A DNA stretch of 64,000 nucleotides from the NCBI GenBank assembly GCA_033762295.1, contig JANRLW010000043.1, forward strand, positions 92,715 through 156,714. The letters run 5' to 3'. This document shows, piece by piece, positions 41,650 to 50,426 of this stretch. The number at the start of each line of letters is the position of its first letter. Within the stretch, counting starts at the first letter, position 1. Position numbers and translations under genes: made by a program. Under the pieces are notes generated by a model, which saw only the letters and a list, made by a program, of their open reading frames with translations, did not search any database and was not told the origin of the DNA. The DNA is from Capsulimonadales bacterium (lineage in GTDB: Bacteria > Armatimonadota > Armatimonadia > Armatimonadales > Armatimonadaceae).

Positions 41650-42591
41650 TCAAACGGACGTCACGGTAACGTCGGGCAAAAGGCGTTTCACCACGGAGGG
41701 GTCAACGACGCCGGACGTCGGAGTCAGCGCGTTGGCGGCGGCGCAGGCCGTGCCGAACCGGAGCGCATCGACCGGGGGCAGATCGCGTACGAAGCGCGCC
41801 TCGATAAAGCCGGCGCAGAGCGAGTCGCCCGACCCGATGGGGTTGACCGCCTCGAGAGCGGGTGGAGCGACCAACCACGTGCGGTTTCCGTCTCCGAAAA
41901 GCGCACCGGCTTTTCCCAGGGAAATCAGCGCGTTCCGGGCTCCTGCGGCCCTCAGTCCGTCGAGTGCGGTTCGCGCATCCTCCGGAGCATTGCCGGTCAG
42001 GCGCATCCCGAGGGTGGCGGCCGCTTCCTGAAGGTTCGGTTTGACCAGGTAGGGGTGTTCCGAAAGAGCCGCCCGCAGCGGTCCCTTTTGAGCGTCCAGG
42101 ACCACCGGGATGTCGAGCCGGTTCGCCTCGCGGGCGACCTGCGCGTAGAAGTCCTCCGGGACGTCCGGCGGCAGCGATCCCGAGCAGCAAAGGACGCGCG
42201 AGGTCAGCAGAGCGTTCCGTGCGGATGCGAGCAGAAGCCGAACATCGTGGAGTCCGACCGCGGGAGCTTCCTCGACCAGTTCGGTGGTAACCCCGCCGTC
42301 GGTAAGAATCGTCGTGCAGGTGCGGGTCGGCGCGTCGTCCTCATGCCAGACCGTCATCGGGTGAATCCCCTCGGACTCCTGCATCCGGGCGACGTATCGT
42401 CCGGAGTCACCCCCCAGAATCTGGACCAGGGTCGCATTGGCTCCGAGGACGACGAGGACACGGGCGACGTTCGCGCCCTTCCCCGAAGCGGTGACCAGCG
42501 TCCTTCGGGAACGATTCACCTCGCCGACGGCAAAGTTGGTAAAGAAGAGAGTCCGTTGAACGGTCGGAGTGAGTCCGAGAACGCAGATCAT
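41650..42591 (-). CDS. PfkB family hexose kinase (1-phosphofructokinase/tagatose-6-P kinase-like)
   Basis: SGKGANVA, TRTCTT, GSLPP, VKPNLQE, NPIGSGD. Confidence 0.88.
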   Translation of the reverse strand: MICVLGLTPTVQRTLFFTNFAVGEVNRSRRTLVTASGKGANVARVLVVLGANATLVQILGGDSGRYVARMQESEGIHPMTVWHEDDAPTRTCTTILTDGGVTTELVEEAPAVGLHDVRLLLASARNALLTSRVLCCSGSLPPDVPEDFYAQVAREANRLDIPVVLDAQKGPLRAALSEHPYLVKPNLQEAAATLGMRLTGNAPEDARTALDGLRAAGARNALISLGKAGALFGDGNRTWLVAPPALEAVNPIGSGDSLCAGFIEARFVRDLPPVDALRFGTACAAANALTPTSGVVDPSVVKRLLPDVTVTSV

Positions 42592-42630
42592 AACGACCTG
42601 TTCGACGCCGTAAGGAAAACTCCCTGTTCG

Positions 42631-43818
42631 TCAGCGCAGTCGATAGAGATGGACGTCCTCGGTTTGGAAATCGTCGGTAAACGTCCCGGCCTGAACCGGA
42701 ATGCTTCGCGATTCGCCGATCACGTCCGCTACCGCGCGTTGAGGAAGTCCCCGGATCGTCCACCGTACACGCGCGGTTCGTTCGGGCATCCCTACCGCGA
42801 ACAGATAGGTCCACCCGTCGTGTTGTTTCACCATGAAATCTATTGGTGTGTCGGGCGGGTCCGGAACCGCCGTCGCTACGCCCGCGATCGTGGGACGGTT
42901 AAGCACGGGAGCCAATTCGGCAATACGCCGGTTTGTCGCCGTCCATTCGGCGAGCAGAGGCGGGTCATCCAGGATCGCATGCTCATTGAACTTTGGCGCG
43001 AACTGATGGGTGAAGTAGATTAGCCCACGGGAACCGTGCGTGATGGACAGCCATATCTCGGCACGGAGTTGCCGGGGGGTGACTTTGCCGGTCCCCTGAA
43101 TCGCGCTGCACTCAACACAGTTCCAGATCGGTTTTTTGCCATCCGTCCAGGCGACCAGACGGTCTATCCCGGTGGTCAGGGTTCGAAGGGGGAGCCCGGT
43201 AGCGATCGGGTAAACGTCGAAGGAAACGATATCTCCGCCCTGAACGTAGGTCCGGTAGTCGTCGAGTTTCGCGCCCGGACCGCGACCGATCCACCGGTCG
43301 TTTGCGACCCCCTGTCCGAGATTCAGAAGAACCGGTCTGGTGGTGTCGGCCTCCTTCAAACGGCGATAGCGGGAAACGACCTCCGACGGCGGAACACACG
43401 GTCCATATCCTTTCCGGCCGGTCTTCGGATCGGTGACCGGTTGCGCGTTATCGGGTTCATCGTCCTGCAGCCAGCCGGCAATCATCGGGTCTTTCGCGTG
43501 CGCGATGCCGACCGCATTTCGGTGACATATGACAGGCATCCTCGCCGCTTTCAGGGCGGCCAGTTGATTTTCCGTCGGACCTTCCCAGAGACCGACGTAC
43601 AGGTTCACCCCGGCGGCCCGATACCGGGCGGCATTGGCGGGGGATTGTAGCCAGACCGCCAGCGGAAAAAAATCGGGGCGGTTGAAGGGGGCGATTAATC
43701 CGTTTCCTAACACGTTTCGATTCCTTTTGGGATCATTTTCGCTTTCAGGGCTTCTCCCACCTTTCGATTCGCGGCCCGATCCGTCGGGACGTTGGAACTC
43801 CGGCCACATCGTTGACAT
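42631..43818 (-). CDS. Putative glycoside hydrolase-like TIM-barrel protein
   Basis: GWLQDDEPDN, DIVSFDVYP, PIWNCVE, GLIYF motifs; start uncertain. Confidence 0.6.
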   Translation of the reverse strand: MSTMWPEFQRPDGSGRESKGGRSPESENDPKRNRNVLGNGLIAPFNRPDFFPLAVWLQSPANAARYRAAGVNLYVGLWEGPTENQLAALKAARMPVICHRNAVGIAHAKDPMIAGWLQDDEPDNAQPVTDPKTGRKGYGPCVPPSEVVSRYRRLKEADTTRPVLLNLGQGVANDRWIGRGPGAKLDDYRTYVQGGDIVSFDVYPIATGLPLRTLTTGIDRLVAWTDGKKPIWNCVECSAIQGTGKVTPRQLRAEIWLSITHGSRGLIYFTHQFAPKFNEHAILDDPPLLAEWTATNRRIAELAPVLNRPTIAGVATAVPDPPDTPIDFMVKQHDGWTYLFAVGMPERTARVRWTIRGLPQRAVADVIGESRSIPVQAGTFTDDFQTEDVHLYRLR

Positions 43819-43870
43819 CCGCCCACGCCCGTGTTAGGATAGACTGTAATTCCAATCCGGTTTGTCGGAA
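43812..43870 (+). promoter_or_regulatory. Sigma70 promoter with downstream imperfect palindrome
   Basis: TTGACA (43812)-17 bp-TAGGAT (43835) with extended TG; TTCC-N13-GGAA at 43850-43870. Confidence 0.65.
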
Positions 43871-43894
43871 AAGTCAGGTTTATTGGGACTCCCT

Positions 43895-45523
43895 ATGAAC
43901 AAGGTCGAAAAGATCAAGCAGGAAAAGGACGGGCTCGATGTCTGGGCCGATGTCCTCCGCTACGCGGCAGACGGGTACGCTGCCATCGCCGAGGATGATT
44001 TTGTCCGGATGCGCTGGTACGGCATCTACCAGCAGCGGCCGAACGAAGGGCATTTCATGATGCGCATCAAACTGCCCGGCGGGATCGTGACCGCCGAACA
44101 GTTGCGCGTGATCGCCGATCTGACCGAGCAGTATGCCCGCGGCATCGCCGATGTCACCACACGGCAAACGTTCCAGTGGCACTGGCTGACCATTCATGAC
44201 TTTCCCGATATCGTCGATCGCCTGAACCGTGTCGGCATCACGACGATGGGCGCCTGCGGCGATATCCCGCGCAACCTGGTCTCCTGTCCGATTGCCGGCC
44301 TGCATCCGGAGGAGTACCTGGACTGCCGACCCGCAATCCGGGATATCCATCAGCTGTTCGTTGGTAATAAGGAGTTCTCCAATCTTCCGCGAAAGTACAA
44401 ACTCTCCGTTTCCGCGGACCCGGAACAGTGCGTCCAGCCGGAGATTCACGATTTTTCGTTGATCGGTGTTCCGAACGAGAAACTCGGCATCGCCGGTTAC
44501 GGCCTGCGCGTCGGCGGCGGTCTGTCGACGCAGCCGCACTTCGGTCCCTGGATCGACGCCTTCTTCCTTCCGGAACAGGCGGTGGATGTCGCTCGCGCCG
44601 TCACGGCGATCTTCCGTGACTTCGGCTACCGTGAAAAACGGACGCATGCCCGACTGAAATTCCTGGTGGCCGACTGGGGACCGGAGAAGTTTAAGGAAAA
44701 ACTCGTCGAGTACCTGGGATACGAACCGCATCCGGGCGTTCCCGATCATTCGCCGCCGAATCTCTATCGCGACCATGTCGGCGTTCATCGGCAGAAGCAA
44801 AAGGGCCTGAACTGGATCGGTTTGACGGTTCTGACCGGGCGTGTTCGCGGTGAACAACTGAAGAATCTCGCCGAAATTGCCGACAAATATGCGGGTGGGG
44901 AGATTCGAACGACCCATATGCAGAATCTTTTATTGCCGAATGTCCCGGATGAGAACCTGCCGGCGGCGCTGGACGCTTTAAAGGCTTCCGATTTCCGATG
45001 GGAAGCGCATTCGGTTCGTCGGGGAGCGATCGCCTGCACCGGAAACGAATTCTGTAATCTCGCGATCACGGAAACCAAAGCCCGAATGATCGGGATCGTC
45101 AACCATCTGGAGAATCGGGTGGCATTCGACCGAAATCTGCGAATCAATATGACCGGTTGTCCGAACTCCTGTGCCCAGCACAGCGTCGGCGATATCGGTC
45201 TTCAGGGGTGTAAGGCGCGGGTGCCCGGTCAGGCCGAGCAGGTGGAAGCGTACGACATTCATCTGGGCGGTGCATTGGGACGAAATCGGTCGTTTACGCG
45301 GGCGATTCACCGGAAGGTCCCGGCCGAGAAGGTGCAGTTCGCGCTGGAGAATCTGCTGCAGGCGTTTAATCGGACTCATAACGACGGTGAGGAGTTCAAC
45401 GATTGGGTCCGGCGTCATACCGATGCCGAACTCGATGCCTACCTCGGAGTGGAGACGATTATCGGCCCGCCGGATGTCAAGGAACCGTCCACGGACAGAT
45501 CCGCGATACCGGCCGGCGCATAG
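43895..45523 (+). CDS. Ferredoxin-dependent nitrite/sulfite reductase (siroheme, 4Fe-4S)
   Basis: FMMRIKLPGG, TTRQ, NLPRKYK, ACTGNEFC, TGCPNSCAQH. Confidence 0.92.
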   Translation: MNKVEKIKQEKDGLDVWADVLRYAADGYAAIAEDDFVRMRWYGIYQQRPNEGHFMMRIKLPGGIVTAEQLRVIADLTEQYARGIADVTTRQTFQWHWLTIHDFPDIVDRLNRVGITTMGACGDIPRNLVSCPIAGLHPEEYLDCRPAIRDIHQLFVGNKEFSNLPRKYKLSVSADPEQCVQPEIHDFSLIGVPNEKLGIAGYGLRVGGGLSTQPHFGPWIDAFFLPEQAVDVARAVTAIFRDFGYREKRTHARLKFLVADWGPEKFKEKLVEYLGYEPHPGVPDHSPPNLYRDHVGVHRQKQKGLNWIGLTVLTGRVRGEQLKNLAEIADKYAGGEIRTTHMQNLLLPNVPDENLPAALDALKASDFRWEAHSVRRGAIACTGNEFCNLAITETKARMIGIVNHLENRVAFDRNLRINMTGCPNSCAQHSVGDIGLQGCKARVPGQAEQVEAYDIHLGGALGRNRSFTRAIHRKVPAEKVQFALENLLQAFNRTHNDGEEFNDWVRRHTDAELDAYLGVETIIGPPDVKEPSTDRSAIPAGA

Positions 45524-45568
45524 GGGCGTTCGATTCTGCCTGACCGTGCGAGACAACGAGACACTTGG

Positions 45569-45596
45569 GCCCGACGGACTCCGTCGGGCTTTTTTT
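45569..45596 (+). terminator. Rho-independent terminator
   Basis: gcccgacgg-act-ccgtcgggc followed by T7. Confidence 0.85.
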
Positions 45597-46399
45597 CACG
45601 TCGTCTCGTCCGAACCGGTGAGAACCGCGTAGGCGGCCTGCAATCCGATCAGCGGGAGTTCGGCCTCCACCCGGTGAAGCGGGCGAATCCGATCGAGCAC
45701 GACCGATAGCGCGCCGCCCGTGCCTACCAGGAGAAGTTCCCTTTCGCCGCCCACCGCGCGGGAATAGCGTTCGATCATTCCGTCGATCTGGGCGGAAAAA
45801 CCGTGGATGATCCCGGCCCGCAGGGCATCGCGTGTGTTGGTGGCGATCAACGGCGCGTCCACCAGTTCGAAATCGGGCAACTGGGCGGTTCGCGCGAGGA
45901 GCGCTTCCCGTGAAATGCCGATCCCCGGAAGAATCGACCCCCCTTCGAAGAGTCCGTCGCGGGTGACCAGGCCGAAGGTGGTGGCCGTTCCGCAGTCGAT
46001 GACCAGGGCGCGGGTGAAGCCGTGCGCCGGGCCAAGGAAACGTCGCCACACCGCAAAGGCGTTGATGAAACGGTCGCTGCCCAGGCTTTGCGGCGGGTCA
46101 TAGCGTACGGTCATTCCGAGGGGCGACCGCGCATCCACGACCAGGGGTTCGACCCCGTTCAGGACCGCCGGAAGGGCGACCAGAAGACGTTCGGTAATTA
46201 CCGGGACGACCGACGCCAGCACGATCGCCGAGATCGGATCGGTGTTTCCGGATTCGGCGAGAGCGGACTCAATTCGCTCCATCCACCCGTCCGACGTCAG
46301 CCCTCGTTCGGAGGGAAGGCGGAAGACGTCTCCGGGACGGTCCGTCTTTCCGATGCCGAAAATGGTCCGGGAGTTGCCGACACTGACGGTGAGAAGCAT
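45596..46399 (-). CDS. coaX: Type III pantothenate kinase
   Basis: VGNS, ASVVP, LGSDR, IDCGTATT, GGSILPG, GTGG. Confidence 0.88.
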   Translation of the reverse strand: MLLTVSVGNSRTIFGIGKTDRPGDVFRLPSERGLTSDGWMERIESALAESGNTDPISAIVLASVVPVITERLLVALPAVLNGVEPLVVDARSPLGMTVRYDPPQSLGSDRFINAFAVWRRFLGPAHGFTRALVIDCGTATTFGLVTRDGLFEGGSILPGIGISREALLARTAQLPDFELVDAPLIATNTRDALRAGIIHGFSAQIDGMIERYSRAVGGERELLLVGTGGALSVVLDRIRPLHRVEAELPLIGLQAAYAVLTGSDETT

Positions 46400-46407
46400 G
46401 GGGTCCC

Positions 46408-47787
46408 TCAGACGCCAAGAGTCGATCGGATGGCATCGGCGACGAGATCGGTCAGGTGCGCGACCTCGTCCGCATCCGGCCCCTCGACCATGACGCGGAT
46501 TTTCCGCTCGGTTCCGGACGGGCGGACATTGATACGACCGCGTCCCTCGATCTGACGTTCCGCCGAGCGTATAGCCCCGGCAATGGCCGGAACGACTTCC
46601 CATCCCTCCCTGGTTCGGACCGGAATGCTGACCAGTTTCTGCGGGAATTCGTGCATTTCATCGTGCCATTGAGCCAGCGTCCGCCCCGATTCGCGGCAAA
46701 GGCGAAGCATCTGCAGGGCGGTAAGGAGCCCGTCTCCGGTGGGCGACAGGTCCGTGAACAGAATATGGCCGGATTTCTCTCCACCGACGCTCGCGCCGTG
46801 TTTTGCCAGTTGTTCGGCGACGTAACGGTCTCCGACCGCCGCCCGAACCAGGCGGATACCATGACGTTCCAGCGCTTTTTCCAGCCCGAGATTACTCATC
46901 ACCGTCCCGACGACCGTATCGTTGGGCAGGTTGCCGATCGTTTTCCGACGAATGCCGACGGCACACAGGATACGATCGCCGTCGACGAGTCGTCCCTGCT
47001 CGTCGGCCAGGATAACGCGATCGGCATCGCCATCGAAGGCCAGTCCGGCATCCGAATGGGTCGCTCGAACGGTCTCCGCCATCGCTTCGGGATGGAGCGA
47101 GCCGCAGTTCTCATTGATGTTGATACCGTTCGGTTCGGAGGCCAGAGGAAACACCTCCGCGCCGAGTTCGCGCAGAAGACGTGGAGCCAGGGAGAACGCC
47201 GCTCCGTTCGCGCAATCGACCACCAGGCGCAATCCGCGCAGGTCGGTCTCGCCCATGGACGCCGTCAGTTCGGCCAGGTAGTCGTCGACCGGCGCGTCGG
47301 TTCGGGTAAGGCGACCGACCTCCGCTCCGGCGGGGCGAGGCCGCTCCTGCCAGTCCGTGATCGCGCGTTCGATCTCGGCTTCGGTAGCATCGGGCAGCTT
47401 TTTCCCGTCCGGACCGAAAAATTTGATCCCATTGTCGGCCATCGGGTTGTGGGAGGCCGAGACGACGATTCCGGCGACGGCATTTCGCTTTCGCGTGATG
47501 CAGGCCACTCCCGGAGTCGGAACCACGCCGACGGATAGAACATCGACCCCCTGCGACAGCAGACCCGCCGTCAGCGCGGCTTCCAACAGATCGCCGGAAA
47601 GGCGGGGATCACGACCGAGGACCACGGTGCAGCGTGCCGACGCGTGCTCGCGAAAGACATGGGCGGCGGCGGCTCCGAGGGCCATGGCGAGGGTCGGGGG
47701 AAGTTCGGTGTTGGCAATGCCGCGAACGCCGTCGGTGCCGAAGAGATGGCGGACAGCGGACGAGCCGTGAATGGGCGGATCGGTCAA
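46408..47787 (-). CDS. glmM: Phosphoglucosamine mutase
   Basis: LFGTDGVRG, SASHNP, FDGDADR, GGEKSGH, RPSGTE. Confidence 0.95.
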   Translation of the reverse strand: MTDPPIHGSSAVRHLFGTDGVRGIANTELPPTLAMALGAAAAHVFREHASARCTVVLGRDPRLSGDLLEAALTAGLLSQGVDVLSVGVVPTPGVACITRKRNAVAGIVVSASHNPMADNGIKFFGPDGKKLPDATEAEIERAITDWQERPRPAGAEVGRLTRTDAPVDDYLAELTASMGETDLRGLRLVVDCANGAAFSLAPRLLRELGAEVFPLASEPNGININENCGSLHPEAMAETVRATHSDAGLAFDGDADRVILADEQGRLVDGDRILCAVGIRRKTIGNLPNDTVVGTVMSNLGLEKALERHGIRLVRAAVGDRYVAEQLAKHGASVGGEKSGHILFTDLSPTGDGLLTALQMLRLCRESGRTLAQWHDEMHEFPQKLVSIPVRTREGWEVVPAIAGAIRSAERQIEGRGRINVRPSGTERKIRVMVEGPDADEVAHLTDLVADAIRSTLGV

Positions 47788-48887
47788 TTCGGAAGGGCCT
47801 CCTTGGGCAGATTGGCGGTGTCCGGTCGGGATTCAGGCGCGCCGGATCCGCTCGGGGTCGGGATGGGTGTGGCGGTGGGAGCCGGACCCGTTTTGGGCGA
47901 TGCCTGCGGGCTCGGAACGATCGGCGACGGCGACGGAAGCAACGGCGGCGGTGAAATGCGTTCCATACGTTCCATCTCCAGACGGATCGTCACCCGGTTG
48001 GAATTCCGATCGGTACGTGCGACTCCGGGGGGCAGTGTCAGCGAAACGGTCCGCTGTTCGCTGGCGGTTATCCCTTGAATATTGATCGGCACCTCGATCG
48101 CGGTCAGGTTGGCAAGCTGATTGACCGGTCCGGAGACCGCGATGGTGGCAGGGGAGAAGACATATCGTCTCATCGCGTAACCGGGGGCCGGGGAGCCGGA
48201 AATGTTGGCGGAAAGCACGAGGAGCTTGGTCGCCGGAGCCTTCTTGAGCTGGAGAACGACCGCCACACGCCGGGGGTCGAGTTCGATATTTTCCACCGGC
48301 TCCTCACGGTCGGTTTCCGCCACCACGTCGACACTGGCGTTCAGTGAACCGCCATTGACGGGGTTCTGCAGGTTGCCGACGACCCTTCGGACTTTCGCGA
48401 CCTCCGACTCCGGACCGATGACGTTCACGGTGGGCGGCGTGGCCGTCGGTTCCGAATACACATAACCGGGCGGCGGTGTTTGATTGTAACGGACCACCAC
48501 CGAAAACGACTTTCGTACCTTCCGGGCGATCTCCACCTCCGCTGTCACCGGGACCAGAACCTCGGCCGGGGAGTCGGTCGGAAAGCGAAGCGGCGCACGG
48601 TATTTACCGACCTTGGCACGGGAAAGGTCGAGGAACGCCTTGATCGGTTGCATGCGAAAGGCTTCGATGGATGCCATGGGCCCCTGGACGGTGACACCGA
48701 TCGATTGCGGACCGGATTTCAGATAAAGGTCGCCCGGCGGGTTCCGAATCTGGATCGCGTCCGGAGGGATGACGACCTCCCGCGTGACGCGAGGATTGTT
48801 CTGGACGAACGCGATCCCGTACAGGAGGATGCCGATCGCCAGCGACAGCAGTTTGTAACCGAGGTTTCGCCGCAACAGGGAGATCAT
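47784..48887 (-). CDS. cdaR: CdaR/YbbR-domain protein
   Basis: N-terminal KLLSLAIGILLY anchor, repeated P..V.V.GP YbbR units, located between cdaA and glmM. Confidence 0.82.
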   Translation of the reverse strand: MISLLRRNLGYKLLSLAIGILLYGIAFVQNNPRVTREVVIPPDAIQIRNPPGDLYLKSGPQSIGVTVQGPMASIEAFRMQPIKAFLDLSRAKVGKYRAPLRFPTDSPAEVLVPVTAEVEIARKVRKSFSVVVRYNQTPPPGYVYSEPTATPPTVNVIGPESEVAKVRRVVGNLQNPVNGGSLNASVDVVAETDREEPVENIELDPRRVAVVLQLKKAPATKLLVLSANISGSPAPGYAMRRYVFSPATIAVSGPVNQLANLTAIEVPINIQGITASEQRTVSLTLPPGVARTDRNSNRVTIRLEMERMERISPPPLLPSPSPIVPSPQASPKTGPAPTATPIPTPSGSGAPESRPDTANLPKEALPN

Positions 48888-48899
48888 GGGCGCCTCGTC

Positions 48900-49751
48900 T
48901 CAGGAAGTCTCCCGCCGTCGGGGAAAGAACAGGTGGACGTTGGCCCGTCGCATAGGGTTACGCGCCTTGCCAAAGGCTTCCAGAAGCTTGTTGCGAAGTT
49001 CGTCCGGCGGGATTCCGCGCCGCATTCGGCCGTTGAGTACGAGGGAGATCGTTCCCGTCTCCTCCGAAACGACGACCACGACCGCGTCCGAGGTTTCTGC
49101 CAATCCCAGAGCCGCCCGGTGGCGCATATGGACGTTACCGGCGATATTGGGCGCATCCGAAAGCGGAAGACGACACCCGGCGGCCGCAATCCGACCGCCG
49201 CGCAAAATGACCGCACCGTCGTGCAACGGCGTTCCGTTAAAAAAGATCGTGCTCAATAACTGGTGCGTCGGAGTTGCGTCCAGCGGCGTTCCGGTCGCCA
49301 CAATATCGTCCAGCCCGATTTCCCGCTCCATCACCATGATCGCTCCCGTCTTCAAAGGCGAAAGAAGCCCGGCGGTTCGGACGACGACATCGATCGTTTC
49401 CTCGATATTGGAAAGGGAGGCGACACGCAACGGCGCGCCGAGGAACTCACCGCGCCCCATCTTTTCCAGCAACTCCCGCAATTCCGGGTAAAAGAGGATC
49501 ACGATGGCGACGGGTCCGAACGGAAGCACCTGACGAAGGAGCCAGTTGACCGCGATCAGTCCGAACAGGTCCGACAGAAGGATTAACGCGAAGAAGACGC
49601 CCAGACCGATCAGGATCCACCAGGCGCGGCGGCCCTTGGCAAGAAGGATCACGCGGTAGGTGACATACGAAACGAACGCGATCTCGATGACGGCGCGAAA
49701 CACCAGGCCGAAATCGAGGGATCTCAGGATGTCGGGAAAATGGACTGGCAC
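48900..49751 (-). CDS. cdaA: Diadenylate cyclase
   Basis: Three TM segments; TPLHDGAV and MRHRAALG DAC motifs; VSEETG. Confidence 0.93.
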   Translation of the reverse strand: MPVHFPDILRSLDFGLVFRAVIEIAFVSYVTYRVILLAKGRRAWWILIGLGVFFALILLSDLFGLIAVNWLLRQVLPFGPVAIVILFYPELRELLEKMGRGEFLGAPLRVASLSNIEETIDVVVRTAGLLSPLKTGAIMVMEREIGLDDIVATGTPLDATPTHQLLSTIFFNGTPLHDGAVILRGGRIAAAGCRLPLSDAPNIAGNVHMRHRAALGLAETSDAVVVVVSEETGTISLVLNGRMRRGIPPDELRNKLLEAFGKARNPMRRANVHLFFPRRRETS

Positions 49752-49870
49752 GGGCGTTCACCCTTGGCCGAAATTCCGGTCGCTCCGGGCGATCCGTTTC
49801 GGCGCAAACTAGTATAACATGGGCCACCCGTCCGAACAACGGCAGGTCCGTGCCGGTTTGTGACGCCGGG

Positions 49871-50383
49871 TTACGGCGCGCCGAAATCTCCCGGCGGAAG
49901 CGGGGGCAGGTTGGGAACGGAAACGATGCGCCAGTAAGGTTCGCGGAAAACCAGGAAGACCGGGCGGGATTCCTTTCGCATCACCAGAGCGACATCGCCG
50001 GTTCCCCAGAGGTCGCTTCCCGACCCGGTCTCGAATACGGAGAGACGGCTGAAGACCAGTCGTTCGTTCGGGTTACCTTTCGGGGACGGAAGGATACGCG
50101 GTCGGGTCACCTGCGCATCGAAATCGGTTCCCCGACCATCCCGGAGCGAGCGTGCCACCTGGAGATAAAGGCGTCGTCGGTTCCAGAGGCCCGCCTGGAA
50201 ATCCTCCGAAATCACCTCCATGATCTGTCGGGCGGAACGGTTTTTCGCCCCCTGTTCGGCGTTTCGCAGGGCGCGAGTAATCAGGGTTTCGGCCGACTCT
50301 TCCGGGCGACGCAGAAGCAGCAGGCTGCCGATACCGATCAGCAGGACCGCGAGGACAAGGGCGATTTTCGAGGAGGTTCGCAT
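49871..50383 (-). CDS. Hypothetical membrane-anchored protein (NTF2-like fold possible)
   Basis: N-terminal TM helix, 170 aa, co-oriented with neighbours. Confidence 0.55.
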   Translation of the reverse strand: MRTSSKIALVLAVLLIGIGSLLLLRRPEESAETLITRALRNAEQGAKNRSARQIMEVISEDFQAGLWNRRRLYLQVARSLRDGRGTDFDAQVTRPRILPSPKGNPNERLVFSRLSVFETGSGSDLWGTGDVALVMRKESRPVFLVFREPYWRIVSVPNLPPLPPGDFGAP

Positions 50384-50426
50384 CCGTGGACTTTCCAGAG
50401 GAGATAACGCGTCCCTCCGTGTGGAT

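Noticed and set aside
40903..43023. Long + strand ORF (706 aa) and similar long ORFs such as 34175..36394 (-), 6219..7877 (+), 31506..33188 (+) and the 5' part of 52515..55001
   Set aside because: They are antisense shadows of well-supported genes in GC-rich DNA, with no recognisable motifs.
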